A stretch of 64,000 nucleotides of DNA from Blastocystis sp. Blastoise (Eukaryota > Protista > Bigyra: Opalinata): positions 248,001 to 312,000 of the forward strand of contig JBBPEB010000020.1 of the NCBI GenBank assembly GCA_039096225.1, in the 5' to 3' direction. The position numbers and the translations under genes were made by a program. This document shows, one piece after another, positions 1 to 10,744 of this stretch. The stretch's first letter is position 1, and every line of letters begins with the position of its first letter. The notes below the pieces were generated by a model. That model was not told where the DNA came from. It saw only the letters and a list, made by a program, of their open reading frames with translations, and searched no databases.

Positions 1-1633
1 GCACGACTACAAGCCACCGCACTTGTTGGTTTATTTAAATAACCGTAGTTATATATTTGCTTTAATAAATTCATGGGAACTGATGAATATTGACTAATTT
101 TTTGAGAAAAATCTTCGGGAGATCTAGGAGTTACTTTTCTATCAGAATCACTTATAATAGGATTATCACAATCTAAGTGTTCTTGTATAAGTTTCTCATT
201 CTTACTTTCTTCTAAACCTCCCCCTCTCAGTTTTTTGATTTATTCCCATGTTTATTTCGTTTACATTGTTGCATATATTCATAAAATGCTCTACCTTTTA
301 ATCTTTTTTTAGGTCCAGCAGCACGTAATACACCACTAGCTTTATCTGGCTTATTTTCTATTTCAGGCGCATCTGAAGTTTTTTCAGAACTATCAGCAAT
401 TAAATTATCATTTTGAACAATTTGCTTGGAATTTGCTGCTTTCTGTTTCTGGTAATTTTCTAAATTTTTCTTTCTTTCTTTTAATTCTTCTTTATGATAA
501 TCACCTTCTACTTCCATTTCTTGTTTTTTTATTTCATTTTCTTCTTTCATTGTATCCCATGCTTCTTTTAATTTACCTGGTTGTGCATAATACATTATTT
601 TAGAAGGAATTGTCTTTACTGTATTCCATATATCTGGTAAATTCTTTACTACACCCATAATTTCATCAACTACACCACCACCACGCCTAAGCCGCAAATG
701 ATTACCATCAGGAGATTCACTAAAATCTATATATTTACGTATTTTAGACATATTCAGTGGTTTTAAGCCTGCTGCACGCATTCCTTTACGGTTATCTACC
801 ATAAATTGTAAAGCATTAGCTATTTGTGGTGGAATTAATTTCCCTTTTTTATTTTTTGTTTTAAAGAATTTCCTTACAGATTTATCATCTTAAGAACCAC
901 CTCTAGAAGACTCCATCGCAGTAATAACTCCTGATAAATTATTTTCTAATAATGTACCACCAAAGGTTTTATTTAATTTTCTATGAATTCCATTACCTTG
1001 ATTATTATTGGCTATCTTCTTTATTATATTTAATGAACCATTTACTATACCACCTTGTGAATCATTATTATCACCAGTTAACATATTACCTATATGTTCT
1101 ACTGATTTACGTTTTGTAGCTTTACCTATAGCTTTCATTGTATGACCTAAAGCTTTTGTAAACATACCACCACCTTTATTATTTTGTAATTTATTTAATT
1201 CACGACTATTATAAGCTAATCCTTTACCTTTTATACCTATACGATTACGTGCTTTGAAATTAGTAGGATTAATCTGTGGATCATCACTAGTATGAGCTTC
1301 TTCTTGATTATCTACAGTATCATCATATCGCCTTTTATTTATTACACCTTTTCCTACAGGTTTTGCTTGTATTAAAGCTCCTCCTGCACCTGTATTAATA
1401 CCAAATTCTTTATCACGATTAACATAAGAATTTATTTTATTTTCTATTTGATTTTTCTTTTTTAAATTTGATACTAAAAAAGATGAATTTGGACCTACTT
1501 CAAATATTAATGGATTATATTCATCTAATGTTTTTAATGGTTGAGGTTTATAAGGTCTATTCTCTTTACCAACTGCTATTTTATTTATACCAAATGCACC
1601 AGGGCTTGGCATACCTAATATACAAGTTTCCAT
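1..1633 (-). pseudogene. Long basic virion-core-like precursor protein with repeated xGG/GxG motifs, broken by one TAA and one frameshift
   Basis: ORFs 890-1633 and 227-802 are in the same frame, separated by a single TAA (SSRGGS*DDKSVRKFF...ALQFMVDN). Adding one A in the run at 231-236 continues the frame as KKLRGGGLEESKNEKLIQEH... to the window edge. Confidence 0.6.
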
Positions 1634-1702
1634 TATTAATAAAATATATTTTTTATAACAAAACTATTCTTTTAATAATAAATAAAATATAAATAAATAA
1701 TG

Positions 1703-2542
1703 TTAATAATTTATATGTAAAATATATTCATCATATAATACACCTTTACTTCTTACATATGTATTTTGACGATAAAATGATAATACTGAAGTATATTGTA
1801 TATCTTTATCATCAAAAGATTTTTTCATTTCATTACTTCATGATATATATACACATATAGCATCTTTCATTTCTTTCACAGTTTCTAAAAATTCATTATT
1901 TGAAAATTTATCTTTACTATAACGATCAAATGTATTCATATAGGGTGGATCCATATAATATATACCCTTAGGATATTTCTTTATTATATCACGATAATCA
2001 TCATTTAATATAGTTACATTATTATAATTTAATAAAGATGATATTTGTAAAATATTTTCTTTATTAAATATATTTTTATTTCTTTTATATCCCCATGGAG
2101 TACTAAATTCATCTTTTTGATTTACAGAATATATACCACAAAAACATCGTTTATTTAAAGCAATAAAGTAAGCACAACGCATCAAAGTATTTGTACAAGT
2201 ATTAAATATTTTACGTAATTCATAATAATTATCAGAAGTATCTTCTACATCATTTAATTTTTCTAATTCAACTATTAATTTTATTGGATAATCACGAATA
2301 TATTTCCAACAATTTATTAAATCAGTATTAGTATCACTAATTACATATTTACGATCAGTTCTATCTTGATAATCTTGCATCATTAAATTTAAAAATACAT
2401 GACCACTACCAATAAAAGGTTCAATATACATTAGATTTTCATTATTATTTCTAGGTACTGACTTTAAAATATCTGCTATTTGACCAGCTACTCTACGTTT
2501 ACTACCAGGCCAAATAACAAAGGATGAATACTGTTTTGACAT
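1703..2542 (-). pseudogene. dam: D12-class DNA adenine methyltransferase (Dam-like) with one in-frame TGA
   Basis: Motifs WPGSKRR, YIEPFIGSG, SDTN, YMDPPY. After the TGA at 1838-1840 the frame continues SNEMKK...DEYILHINY*, a typical Dam-family C-terminus. Confidence 0.85.
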
Positions 2543-2640
2543 ATAGAAATAATAATATTTTAAAACAAAACAAATATTTAAAAAAAAATACATTAATAGA
2601 ATAAATAAGAAATATATATAATAATAAAATAAAATAATTT

Positions 2641-3381
2641 TTAAGGTTTTATAGAACATACAGGCATAGTACTATAATGTTGATCACCTCTTTCAATAAT
2701 CATCATTTGAGTTGCATATAAGTTAAAGAAATAGCGAGGATTACCATTGACTATCTTATAATTAACACTTACAGAAAAAAGCACTTTAATAGTACTACCA
2801 GGAGTTAAGAATGTTTCATTAAATTTCATAACAGAGTATTTTTCATTTCGAAAACAAGTTAATAAATTCAGTTCACAATCATAAGTATTCAAACGGACAA
2901 AACTATCTTTTAAAGGAACATTGATAGTCATAACCTTAGTAGGAGTACTCTTTAAAGGAGAATCTATATAATAAAGTAAGTTTGAAGGCCTATTAACAGA
3001 TAAACAAGAACAATTATCAGAAGAACAAGTAATACAATTGGAGTTATCAAGAGAATAAGGATACTTCTTCATTACAAAATCCATATAGACAGCACGACTC
3101 TCAGCGGTAGGGAATAAAGACATATATACAAAATCATCAATTGGCTTAACAAGACAATTGAAGTCTTCGTTATCCATAAATAAAGTTAACTTCGAAGAAA
3201 ATCCATCAGAGAAATATTTCAAAGCAAAAGGAGCAATTAAGGCGGGAGTTTGAACAAATAATCTTTTTTCTTTATAATAAACATCATACCTTTCAGAAAT
3301 ATTATCAATTGGATCTAACTTAACAAGGGATAACTTCGTAGCATCAAAAGAATCTTCAGGGCGGACAATAACACTAGACAT
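2641..3381 (-). CDS. Putative viral single-stranded DNA-binding protein (NCLDV DUF2738/T7 gp2.5-like OB fold)
   Basis: LFVQTPALIAPF near the N-terminus and a beta-rich C-terminus (IKVLFSVSV...FNLYATQMMI); divergent from the primase-helicase. Family recognised from memory only. Confidence 0.5.
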   Translation of the reverse strand: MSSVIVRPEDSFDATKLSLVKLDPIDNISERYDVYYKEKRLFVQTPALIAPFALKYFSDGFSSKLTLFMDNEDFNCLVKPIDDFVYMSLFPTAESRAVYMDFVMKKYPYSLDNSNCITCSSDNCSCLSVNRPSNLLYYIDSPLKSTPTKVMTINVPLKDSFVRLNTYDCELNLLTCFRNEKYSVMKFNETFLTPGSTIKVLFSVSVNYKIVNGNPRYFFNLYATQMMIIERGDQHYSTMPVCSIKP

Positions 3382-3548
3382 CTTCAAAAAAATTGTAAAA
3401 TTCAAATAAATAAATAAATAAAATTTATATAAATATTGCAATTGCAAAAAAAATAGTTGAACTGAATACTAAAAAAATAATAGTTTCCACTAAAATTTGA
3501 ATTTAGCCAATCATATTTCAATATCTTTTGACAAATAGCTAAGTCATA

Positions 3549-3815
3549 GTGACGGAGTTTGGAGCAATATTCAAAACCACCAATTTTGGATCTTTCCGGA
3601 ATGACGACGTTTGGAGCAATTTTCAAAACCATTCATTTCGAATCTTTCCGGAATGACAACGTTTGAAACAATACTAAAAAACACATATTTTATTTTTCCT
3701 GATATGACGTCGTTTGGAGCAAATTCAAAACCACTCATTTCGAATCTTTTCGGAATGACAACGTTGAAGCAATATTCAAAACCATTTATTCTATTTTTTT
3801 CCTGATATGACGAAC
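3549..3815. repeat. ~51-52 bp tandem repeat, ~5 units
   Basis: Units like GACrACGTTTGGAGCAAT.TTCAAAACCA...TCTTTCCGGAAT start at ~3551, 3603, 3655, 3706 and 3757, with a partial unit at 3808. Confidence 0.9.
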
Positions 3816-3891
3816 TTTTAAACAATATTTAATTTGAATCTTTTAAAAATAATATTTAATTTATTTGAATTTTTTAAATATTTATTTGAAA

Positions 3892-6800
3892 ATGGCTGAA
3901 ATTCAAAATCAAACAATTTGTAAGTATTCTACCTTCAATCAAGAAAATACTATGGATAACAGGGCTGCTACAGTTGTTCAAAACCCTTCGAAATTCTATG
4001 ATTATATGTATAAATATTATTTAGATAGTAAACAACCTGGTGGAGTCCCTGAACTTAAGCATTATATTGATGTTGTCCCTACTACTGTTGAGAAAGCTTA
4101 TCGTCGATTATGGTTTGATCTTGATTGTTGCCGTGAAGAAAATGAATTCACCGATCTATCTGATAATAATATACATATGCTGATTGAACGTATTAGTCAA
4201 TTGTTCTTAAAGATATATAATCCAAATAATATGAATATTATTACTACTAAGAAGCTTGTCAATAGAAAAGAAAAAGCAAATGGTCTCTTCTATAGTTGGG
4301 GTATGCACGTCTTCACCAATTGGTTTATCAAAACAGATTTATTAACTTATATGTATAATGAAATTATTGAAGATGATATGATTAAATCTATTTGTAATAC
4401 TTTACATGTGAACTCTAATGAATTTATTGATGGAGCCGTAATTGCAAATAAGAATCGAAATAATGGTGTAATGATGCTTGGATGTTCGAAGAATAATACT
4501 CCGTCTACATATGATTTCTACGATATGTATGAATCAAATTCTTGGCAAAAAATTAATTTTGAAAATTCTGATATAATCAAAAATGCTTATTATTCTACTC
4601 TACTTAATTATAATTCTCCTAATGATGTTTTTGTATGCTACAGTAATTATGTTTTATTTTCAGAACTATTAAATAAAAACAATGTAAAAAGATACCTTCA
4701 TAAAATATTATCGTTTGATAAAGATACTATTAATAGTTTTACTACTGCATATTCTATTACTAAAGCTTATAAAGATATTAACCCTGCTACTATGGATAAT
4801 AACTCTGAAGAAGTAGATAATTACGAATTTAATTTATTAGAGCAAATACTCACACTTATTTCTGAAATAGATAATGGATATTATTTTGAATCTCATAATG
4901 AATGGTATAAGCTTATACGAGCTACAAATAATTATAATAACTCTGAAGATACTTTAAATATTTTTATGAATATAAGTAACTCATGTTCTCATACTCGTAG
5001 CTTACAGAAATTCAAATCTACTTGGAATAATACGTCTAGCTATGAATCTTATAATTATTTCAAAGATTCTTCGTATCTTTTCTTTATCTTACAAAAACAC
5101 AATAAACTACCAATAGATTGTAAGAATGATTATATCTTTTGCCATGTGATGAAATCTATATCTAGACATAATGAAGTTACTTCTCAAGCATTCGTGGAAT
5201 TATTCAAAACTTTCTGCTTTAATGATCGTGTTATGGTTGAAGATATATCTAAAAAATTCGTGAAAATTTATGCTTATGATGAATTCAACGTTTTAAGAAA
5301 TATTCACCATTCTTATGATGTCAATTTCTTTGAATCAGAAATTACTTCTTTTGCTAATTCAATTGCTGACAATTTCCAATTAGCAAAACAATTTAAGAAA
5401 GAAATTAAGAGCCATATATTTTCTCTGAATAAATTACAAAATGCCTCTAAAACAAATGAAAAAAACTATAAGGAATGGTTAGCTAGATATCAGAAAACTT
5501 ACGCTATATCTTATGAAACTTTCAGAGATATTCATCTCAAACATAGAGAAAATGTTATTTATACAAATGTCGGTTTTGTTGTTCCGCTAACAAATGCCCC
5601 TGAACCAACCATTGTAGATGATTGGACAGCTGAATTCCCTGGAGCACAATATCACCTTTTAAATTCTCCTTCTTATGATGTAATTCCCTATGAAAAAGAA
5701 GATATTATCTTTGAAGAAATGATTATTAATGCCCAAATTGTCCCTAAAACAAAACATGTACCTGAAGACTTTGATGCTATAAAACAGTTTCAAAGACATG
5801 TTTTACGTTATTGTGGAGGCGACGGTGATTACGCAGATGCTATGATGCAAATTATTTGTCAATCACTCTATTGTTGTTCCGATCACACTTGGTGTTATAT
5901 CCTATATGGTACTTCTGGAGCCAATGGAAAAACTATAACTACTGATATTATGAAAAATATTCTAGGTAATAATCAGTGTATTCCCGTGAATCCTGATAAC
6001 TTTGAAGAAACTTCAGCTTCTCCATTTCTACTTAATTTACATAATAAAACTATGTATTATATGAATGAACTTAGTGAACATTCAGGAGGGTTTAAGAAAT
6101 CTGTAAATCCCCTAGAATCTCGTATATTCAAGGAATTATGTGAAAAGAAATCAGACGCTACCGCTCGTCTTCTTCACTCTAATGTTATTCAAACCTATAA
6201 TTACACGGGAATTCTCTTTGTTACCTCTAATATTCAACCTACTGCCGTGAATGCCGGACCTTTAGAACGTAGAGTCGTCTTCTTACCGTCACTTTGCCGC
6301 TATTTACCACCTTCCTCAGTAACTCTCTATGAACCTAAAGGAGATTATTTAACCAAGAGAAAACGATATAATACAGAGGAAGAAATCCAAATAGCCGTGA
6401 ATCAAGGTCTTCTAGCTAAAAAGAAAAATCACTATCCAATGGATCCTAACGTATCTTTTCTGTTTAAAAAACATACAAATGCTATATTCTCTTGGTTAAT
6501 CTTCCATTATCTTGAACGTAGCTTACGTCTTAATATGGATATGTTACAAGGAATTCAAGCAATTGCCACATGTAAAGAAGATTTCTTAGAAAAGTGTTCT
6601 TCTGGATATAATATGAAAGATTTTGTCAAGGCTAAATTGCAAATAGATCCTTTCTTTATTAATGTCGTATCTTTAGAAGATATCTTTATCGCTTATAAAG
6701 ATTTTAATAAAGATGCGAAGTTCACTATCCAAACAAATCTAGATAAATTTTTCAAGCAATTGTGTACTGCATTTCTGGCAAATTCCGAATTCTACGAAAT

Positions 6801-7056
6801 TGATATGTTGGATTACCGTAGAACTCATCAAAGTAATTACTATAAGGACAATTCTGCCGTCGGTATTAAAGGTATTCTTATTGATAAATCTTATAATTAT
6901 AGTGTAAATATGAAAAGATTCACGGAAGATTACCGTATTAGTACCTCTGTAGTGAATATTGTCGGCTTTGACGCTAATTTATTCTCCAAAAATGTCAAAA
7001 AACTAAAAATATTTTATGAAAATAAAGAGTATTATGCTCCTTATTTTGGTTATTAA
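3892..7056 (+). CDS. Viral primase-helicase (AEP primase + PriCT-2-like + D5-like SF3 helicase)
   Basis: AEP motifs LWFDLD, WGMHVF, FIDGAV...MMLGCSK; PriCT-like HNEWYKL...KSTWN; Walker A GTSGANGKT, Walker B YYMNE, motif C VTSN, Arg finger LERR. Intact and intronless. Confidence 0.9.
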   Translation: MAEIQNQTICKYSTFNQENTMDNRAATVVQNPSKFYDYMYKYYLDSKQPGGVPELKHYIDVVPTTVEKAYRRLWFDLDCCREENEFTDLSDNNIHMLIERISQLFLKIYNPNNMNIITTKKLVNRKEKANGLFYSWGMHVFTNWFIKTDLLTYMYNEIIEDDMIKSICNTLHVNSNEFIDGAVIANKNRNNGVMMLGCSKNNTPSTYDFYDMYESNSWQKINFENSDIIKNAYYSTLLNYNSPNDVFVCYSNYVLFSELLNKNNVKRYLHKILSFDKDTINSFTTAYSITKAYKDINPATMDNNSEEVDNYEFNLLEQILTLISEIDNGYYFESHNEWYKLIRATNNYNNSEDTLNIFMNISNSCSHTRSLQKFKSTWNNTSSYESYNYFKDSSYLFFILQKHNKLPIDCKNDYIFCHVMKSISRHNEVTSQAFVELFKTFCFNDRVMVEDISKKFVKIYAYDEFNVLRNIHHSYDVNFFESEITSFANSIADNFQLAKQFKKEIKSHIFSLNKLQNASKTNEKNYKEWLARYQKTYAISYETFRDIHLKHRENVIYTNVGFVVPLTNAPEPTIVDDWTAEFPGAQYHLLNSPSYDVIPYEKEDIIFEEMIINAQIVPKTKHVPEDFDAIKQFQRHVLRYCGGDGDYADAMMQIICQSLYCCSDHTWCYILYGTSGANGKTITTDIMKNILGNNQCIPVNPDNFEETSASPFLLNLHNKTMYYMNELSEHSGGFKKSVNPLESRIFKELCEKKSDATARLLHSNVIQTYNYTGILFVTSNIQPTAVNAGPLERRVVFLPSLCRYLPPSSVTLYEPKGDYLTKRKRYNTEEEIQIAVNQGLLAKKKNHYPMDPNVSFLFKKHTNAIFSWLIFHYLERSLRLNMDMLQGIQAIATCKEDFLEKCSSGYNMKDFVKAKLQIDPFFINVVSLEDIFIAYKDFNKDAKFTIQTNLDKFFKQLCTAFLANSEFYEIDMLDYRRTHQSNYYKDNSAVGIKGILIDKSYNYSVNMKRFTEDYRISTSVVNIVGFDANLFSKNVKKLKIFYENKEYYAPYFGY

Positions 7057-7122
7057 TTTTTTTTTTTTTAATTTTATTTGTTTTGTTTAGTTGAAAAAAA
7101 TTTATAATTAAAAAATAAACTG

Positions 7123-7200
7123 AGACCTGGCATACCAGATGGATAGATAATATGGTGAAAAATATACATATAGGGGTTCTATCCCTGGTATGTCGGGTCT
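7123..7200 (+). terminator. Stem-loop downstream of the primase-helicase gene
   Basis: AGACCTGGCATACCAG pairs with CTGGTATGTCGGGTCT (two G-U wobbles on the + strand), inner GGATAG/CTATCC, followed by a T run. Confidence 0.5.
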
Positions 7201-7393
7201 TTTTTTACATGTTTTTTTATTAAATTAAACCAAATGTACAGAAAAATACCGTAAATATTCAATTTCCATGTTTATTTTCTTAAAAACACGCAAAATTTAT
7301 AAATAATTTTTGTTTCTCTAGTTGAATGGAGAAACCATCAAAAGATCGTAAAGTAAATTTTTATAATTCATTTTTATTTTATTTTTACTAATT

Positions 7394-7802
7394 ATGAATT
7401 CTGACAATAATAGCTGTTTCCCTACTCCCGGTGTCCTTGATGTACGTGGTGCTAGCCCTGCTGAAGCCCATAGACTCTGTCTTCAGTTCCTTCGCGTAAT
7501 TGAAGAACCATTGATTGGTGAATCTACTGCCAACTTTAGATATCAATGCTACTATAATGATACTCCAGTAGCAGTCTACAAGTATATATTTATTTATATT
7601 TAATTACATATATAGTGCAATTATGCCTGTTGAATTCTGTGTTAATACGTTTCAGGATCAATTCGAGTTAGCTGAAGACTTTATAAATCCTACAAGTCCA
7701 CGCTATTCTCCCATTGAGTCTGATTCTGAATTAACCAATTACTCACCGGTCTTCGAGCCTGCCTCTCCCGTTATCCCTAAGCTGGAATCGCTTGAAAAAT
7801 AA
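7394..7802 (+). CDS. Small two-exon hypothetical protein with an SP-rich tail
   Basis: Removing the GT-AG intron at 7582-7615 gives an open frame ending ...NPTSPRYSPIESDSELTNYSPVFEPASPVIPKLESLEK*. Confidence 0.7.
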
Positions 7803-7904
7803 ATATTTACATTGTTAAATTATTTTTTTCGTTTTAATTACTTGTTTTGTTTTGACATATTTAAAAAATATAAAATAAAAAGATCACAAAAATAAAAAAA
7901 TAAA

Positions 7905-8266
7905 AGAAATAAAAAAGCCAGTTTCTGATTTTTTTTCCCCAAATGTTTTATAATAGGGGGTTATTTGGTTATTTGGTTCATAACCATTTAACCATTTAAC
8001 CAAAAATTATTTTTTAATATTAGATTTTTAGAAATCGATGACGCACACCCCCTCAACAGCCAATCAAAACGCTTAAAACCTATTTTCATGATTATTTCTA
8101 CTAACTCCCTTACATTTACCACTTCCCCGTAAACCAGAAGTTTTAATAATACTTCGGCCGAGAGCTCCAGCACTCGTCTAATGCCCTTAAAAGGAAAATC
8201 AGTATGATTTTCCTTTATAAGGGCTTTATCGAGTGAAACACTGGAGCTCGTAGAGCGGAAGTATTA
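7905..8266. repeat. Terminal module copy 1 (GGGGTTA array, GATGACGCAC/CCAAT box, long hairpin 8147-8266)
   Basis: Collinear homolog at 40035-40397; similarity stops right after GAAGTATTA in both copies. Confidence 0.9.
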
Positions 8267-10094
8267 TTATTTCTAATGCTAACAAAAAAATTAAAAAGTA
8301 TTTTAATTGGATATTAAAGAATTTGTGTTTTCAAAATACAAATCGTTTAGAGTCTTGAAAAATTTTTGGTATTTTAACAAAAATTTTGAATATTTTTGGG
8401 TATTTCTAACAATTCGATTTTTTTTTGGGTAGGTTAAAATAATTATGTTTTTCTTTTGGGGTATATCTAACAATGTCTCATATATAAACGATAAAAAAAA
8501 AATAATAATAATAATAAATATATACTTATCTATTTTTTTTATTATATAAAAGGACTGAAAAAATATAAATCTAAATATAAAAAAAGTATATCGTACTCAA
8601 TGAAAATCTTTATCTTGTATATCTCTATATAAAATATTATTATTAAAAATAAAAATTAATGAAATATATAAAATAAGCATATTCACAATGATAATTATGT
8701 AAAATAAAATAAATGAAATAATAATATAGAATAAACGAAATAATAATATAAAAAATAAATATATAAACATAGAATTACAACTAATTCACCAAAATAATGT
8801 ATTTAAACTAATTAATTAATCTAAAATATAATCTGAACACTCTACAATCATTGTAATACTCTAAAATAAAAACAAAGATAATAAAGAAAAAGAATTAAGA
8901 AAAGAATTATATACTTAAAGTAATTTTTTAATCAAATAAGTTATTGAAAATGCTTTAGTGAGCTATTCTATAGAACAGAACCAGATCCAGTCTTAAATAA
9001 TTGTGTCATCTAAAAATAAAATACAATTAAGTAAAACAAAATATAAAATATAAACTCAATATTGAATCAGGGCATTCTTCTTTAATAGAATTCATTGTAT
9101 TCATTCTTAATGAATCATCACAGCAACAGATAAATTTAAATAAATAAATAAAAGAACAAGTTTCAAAAAACATAAATTTTATTCAAATTATAACGAGATC
9201 CATTCAAAAAATCGTGATTCTCATTCACAATGACTGTTTTCTTTTGTCTCTTTTAATAATTTTTTGAATTTCATATTTTATTTATCTTATAAACCTTTCA
9301 AAGGTTGTCTTTCTGTTTTCTTTAGGTATGTTATCTATTTATGTTCTTTATATCTCCTAGGTGTTTCATTCTTAGGTCTTCTTGTCTCTCCATTCTTCAA
9401 ATTCTCAATTCCTGTTGTGGTTCAAAACGTTATGAAATGGTATATATCCTATTTTATTTATCTATTTAATATTGTATATTTATTTAGAAAACCTTTGTTA
9501 CTAAGCCTGATCGGTGATCTCTGTGTTGGTTTCCTTTCCTGTTGATCGTTCTTATTTCAAACAATCTAAAAGGTATTTATATATTTATTCTTTTGATCTT
9601 TTTATTAATTTATATAGTCAACAGATTAATTCACCCATCATGAGTTGCATTTCTCGTTTCTTCTTTGTTTTCAATGTACTCAAACTGTTATCATGTTTTT
9701 TATGGTCTTTCTGTATTACATGAATGATGTATTCTTTTTCAAAAATATCTTTTTTTATATATATTTTAATTAATTTATTTTTTCCTTTTTTTATTACTTT
9801 TTTTTCATTTTTTTTATTTTTATTTACTTTTATATTATTATATATATATTTATTATCATCTTATATATATATATATATATATTATTTCTATAGTATTGAT
9901 AAACAAAGAGACAATCAGTGTCTCCATTGTCTTGCAACTTTTCTTCTTTGGGGTCTTTTTGGCTTTTTTGTCTAATTGAGAGTATCTTGATGCTACTGGA
10001 AACTGAGTTGAGTTATTTTCTGTGTTTTCTAAGTATATATATATATATAATATTTTTTTTTTTTTTTATTATATATGTCTTATTATGATTCAAC

Positions 10095-10149
<55 letters not shown>

Positions 10150-10709
10150 TTTATATATATTTATATGTTTATATTTATGTAGTATATTATACTACTTTAT
10201 AGATAATCACTATTTTATTTTTAATTTATATATATATATATAGGTTTAATGCCTCTAGTTGTGGTTGTTTTGTTCTTTTGGATTATTATTTGATTTTTTT
10301 TCGTATATATATATATATATATTTGTTAATAATAATAATTTAGCTTACTAGTTTCTTTACTATATTATATTATATTAATATTTCTACCTATATATATATT
10401 ATAGTGTTTTCCTACTCTTTTTTAATTATAATGATTCCCTCTATATGTGTGTCTTTTCAGTCTGTATTGACTGCTTTGGGATTCTTCTTAATCATATTGG
10501 CTATATATTTTTGTTTATATATATTGTATATTTTTCTGTTTATATATATTGTGTATTATTCTATATATATATTGTATTATATTCATATATATATATTTTT
10601 TTATATTATTCTGTATATATATATATTTTATATTATTCTATATATATATATATTCTGCTATTCACTTATAAATACTCTTATATATCGTATTTAAGCTCCA
10701 TAATGGATG

Positions 10710-10744
<35 letters not shown>

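Larger units (their letters stand above)
1..8266. mobile_element. Endogenous Polinton-like/dsDNA virus-like element, right part (left end outside window; right boundary uncertain, 7200 or 8266)
   Basis: Compact intronless gene cluster (precursor protein with GG motifs, Dam, SSB-like, primase-helicase) unlike the intron-rich surroundings. No capsid or ATPase gene is visible in the window. Confidence 0.7.

Noticed and set aside
675-705. Ubiquitin gene
   Set aside because: Only the LRLRRGG-like tail matches; the upstream sequence is not ubiquitin-like.
3549-3815. CRISPR array or coding ORFs over the 51-bp repeats
   Set aside because: Whole units are homologous, with no unique spacers; the overlapping short ORFs are repeat artefacts.
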